Positions 63,331 through 64,000 of a stretch of DNA of 64,000 nucleotides are shown here, in pieces. The stretch is taken from NCBI GenBank assembly GCA_012026655.1, contig JAAILG010000019.1:62001-126000 (forward strand). Reading direction: 5' to 3'. Origin of the DNA: Hydrolagus affinis (lineage: Eukaryota). The translations under genes and the position numbers were made by a program. Position 1 is the stretch's first letter. Each line of letters begins with the position of its first letter. Below the pieces are notes generated by a model that was not told where the DNA came from, searched no databases, and was given only the letters and a program-made list of their open reading frames with translations.

Positions 63331-63644
63331 CCTAACAAACTGTATACTTCTTTCCAGTGAAAATATTGTTTTAAACAAAGTTCATCCTCTTATTTCTTTG
63401 AAGTTGATGATAGCTTGGCCTAATATGTAAATGGATGCTTCAATTTGAAGACCAAATATGATCTTAACAATTATCATTTCTTTAGTAAGCCAAGCTAATT
63501 AAAGGACTTGTTCATTGTCAATTATTTTATTTTTCCTGTTTACTTAGTTGTAATTATATTTGAATATATTATTACAATTGTCCTATACTCTATCGTGTTT
63601 GCGGTATTGTTAAATGCGTCAGCTTGCTCTTGCTGACTGCCTTT

Positions 63645-63715
63645 ACAACAACAGCAACAACAAAATTACATTTATAGAGCTCCTTTCACTTCAGGAGGAC
63701 GTCCCAAGGTGCTGG
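63645..63715 (-). mobile_element. L2 extreme 3' tip
   Basis: acaacaaaattacatttatagagctcctttcacttcaggaggacgtcccaaggtgctgg. Confidence 0.8.
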
Positions 63716-64000
63716 ATGATGGATTATTTGTTTTTAGATAAGTTGTAAAAAGTACCTGTACCAGGGGATAGAAAAATGTATATGTTTACCAATCTTACAT
63801 TGAATAAACAGAATAATTTTAATGTAAAAATAGAAATATAGTGATTGCTTTGTGGTAACAATAGGGTTGTCTCAATTCAGATCGAAAACTAATTTGTCAA
63901 GTGAACCACAACATAGTTCTATTTTGGTGTTGGGAGAACATTTTTTTTCATTGCTGGAACACAGGTGTATTATTCACTGAGATTATTGGCAGTACTACGA

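Noticed and set aside
1-64000. CRISPR array, operon or prokaryotic/viral system
   Set aside because: No regularly spaced repeats or dense ORFs; the recurring motifs are dispersed SINE/LINE tails in a vertebrate intron.

Overview
Vertebrate genomic DNA, AT-rich and repeat-dense. The repeat content (Deu-type tRNA-SINEs, CR1, L2, Penelope-type ends) suggests a cartilaginous fish; this taxon call is an inference. The only host coding feature I can support is one 245-bp internal exon (49653-49897, + strand) encoding the bHLH domain of NPAS3. The rest of the window is most simply read as the two large flanking introns (at least 49.6 kb upstream, 14.1 kb downstream). These contain many L2 and CR1 LINE fragments, a young tRNA-Ala-headed SINE, older Deu-type SINEs, two intact non-autonomous DNA transposons (pogo/Tigger-type with TA TSD; hAT-type with 8-bp TSD), an old RTE-like family and a 156-N gap. 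The most notable item is a ~140-nt Penelope-type short retroelement present three times. One copy carries a complete minimal type I hammerhead ribozyme motif antisense to NPAS3, and another forms an 87-bp near-perfect palindrome. Nearly all other ORFs in the track are repeat-derived or chance. All alignments were done by eye, so repeat boundaries are approximate unless a TSD or TIR is quoted.
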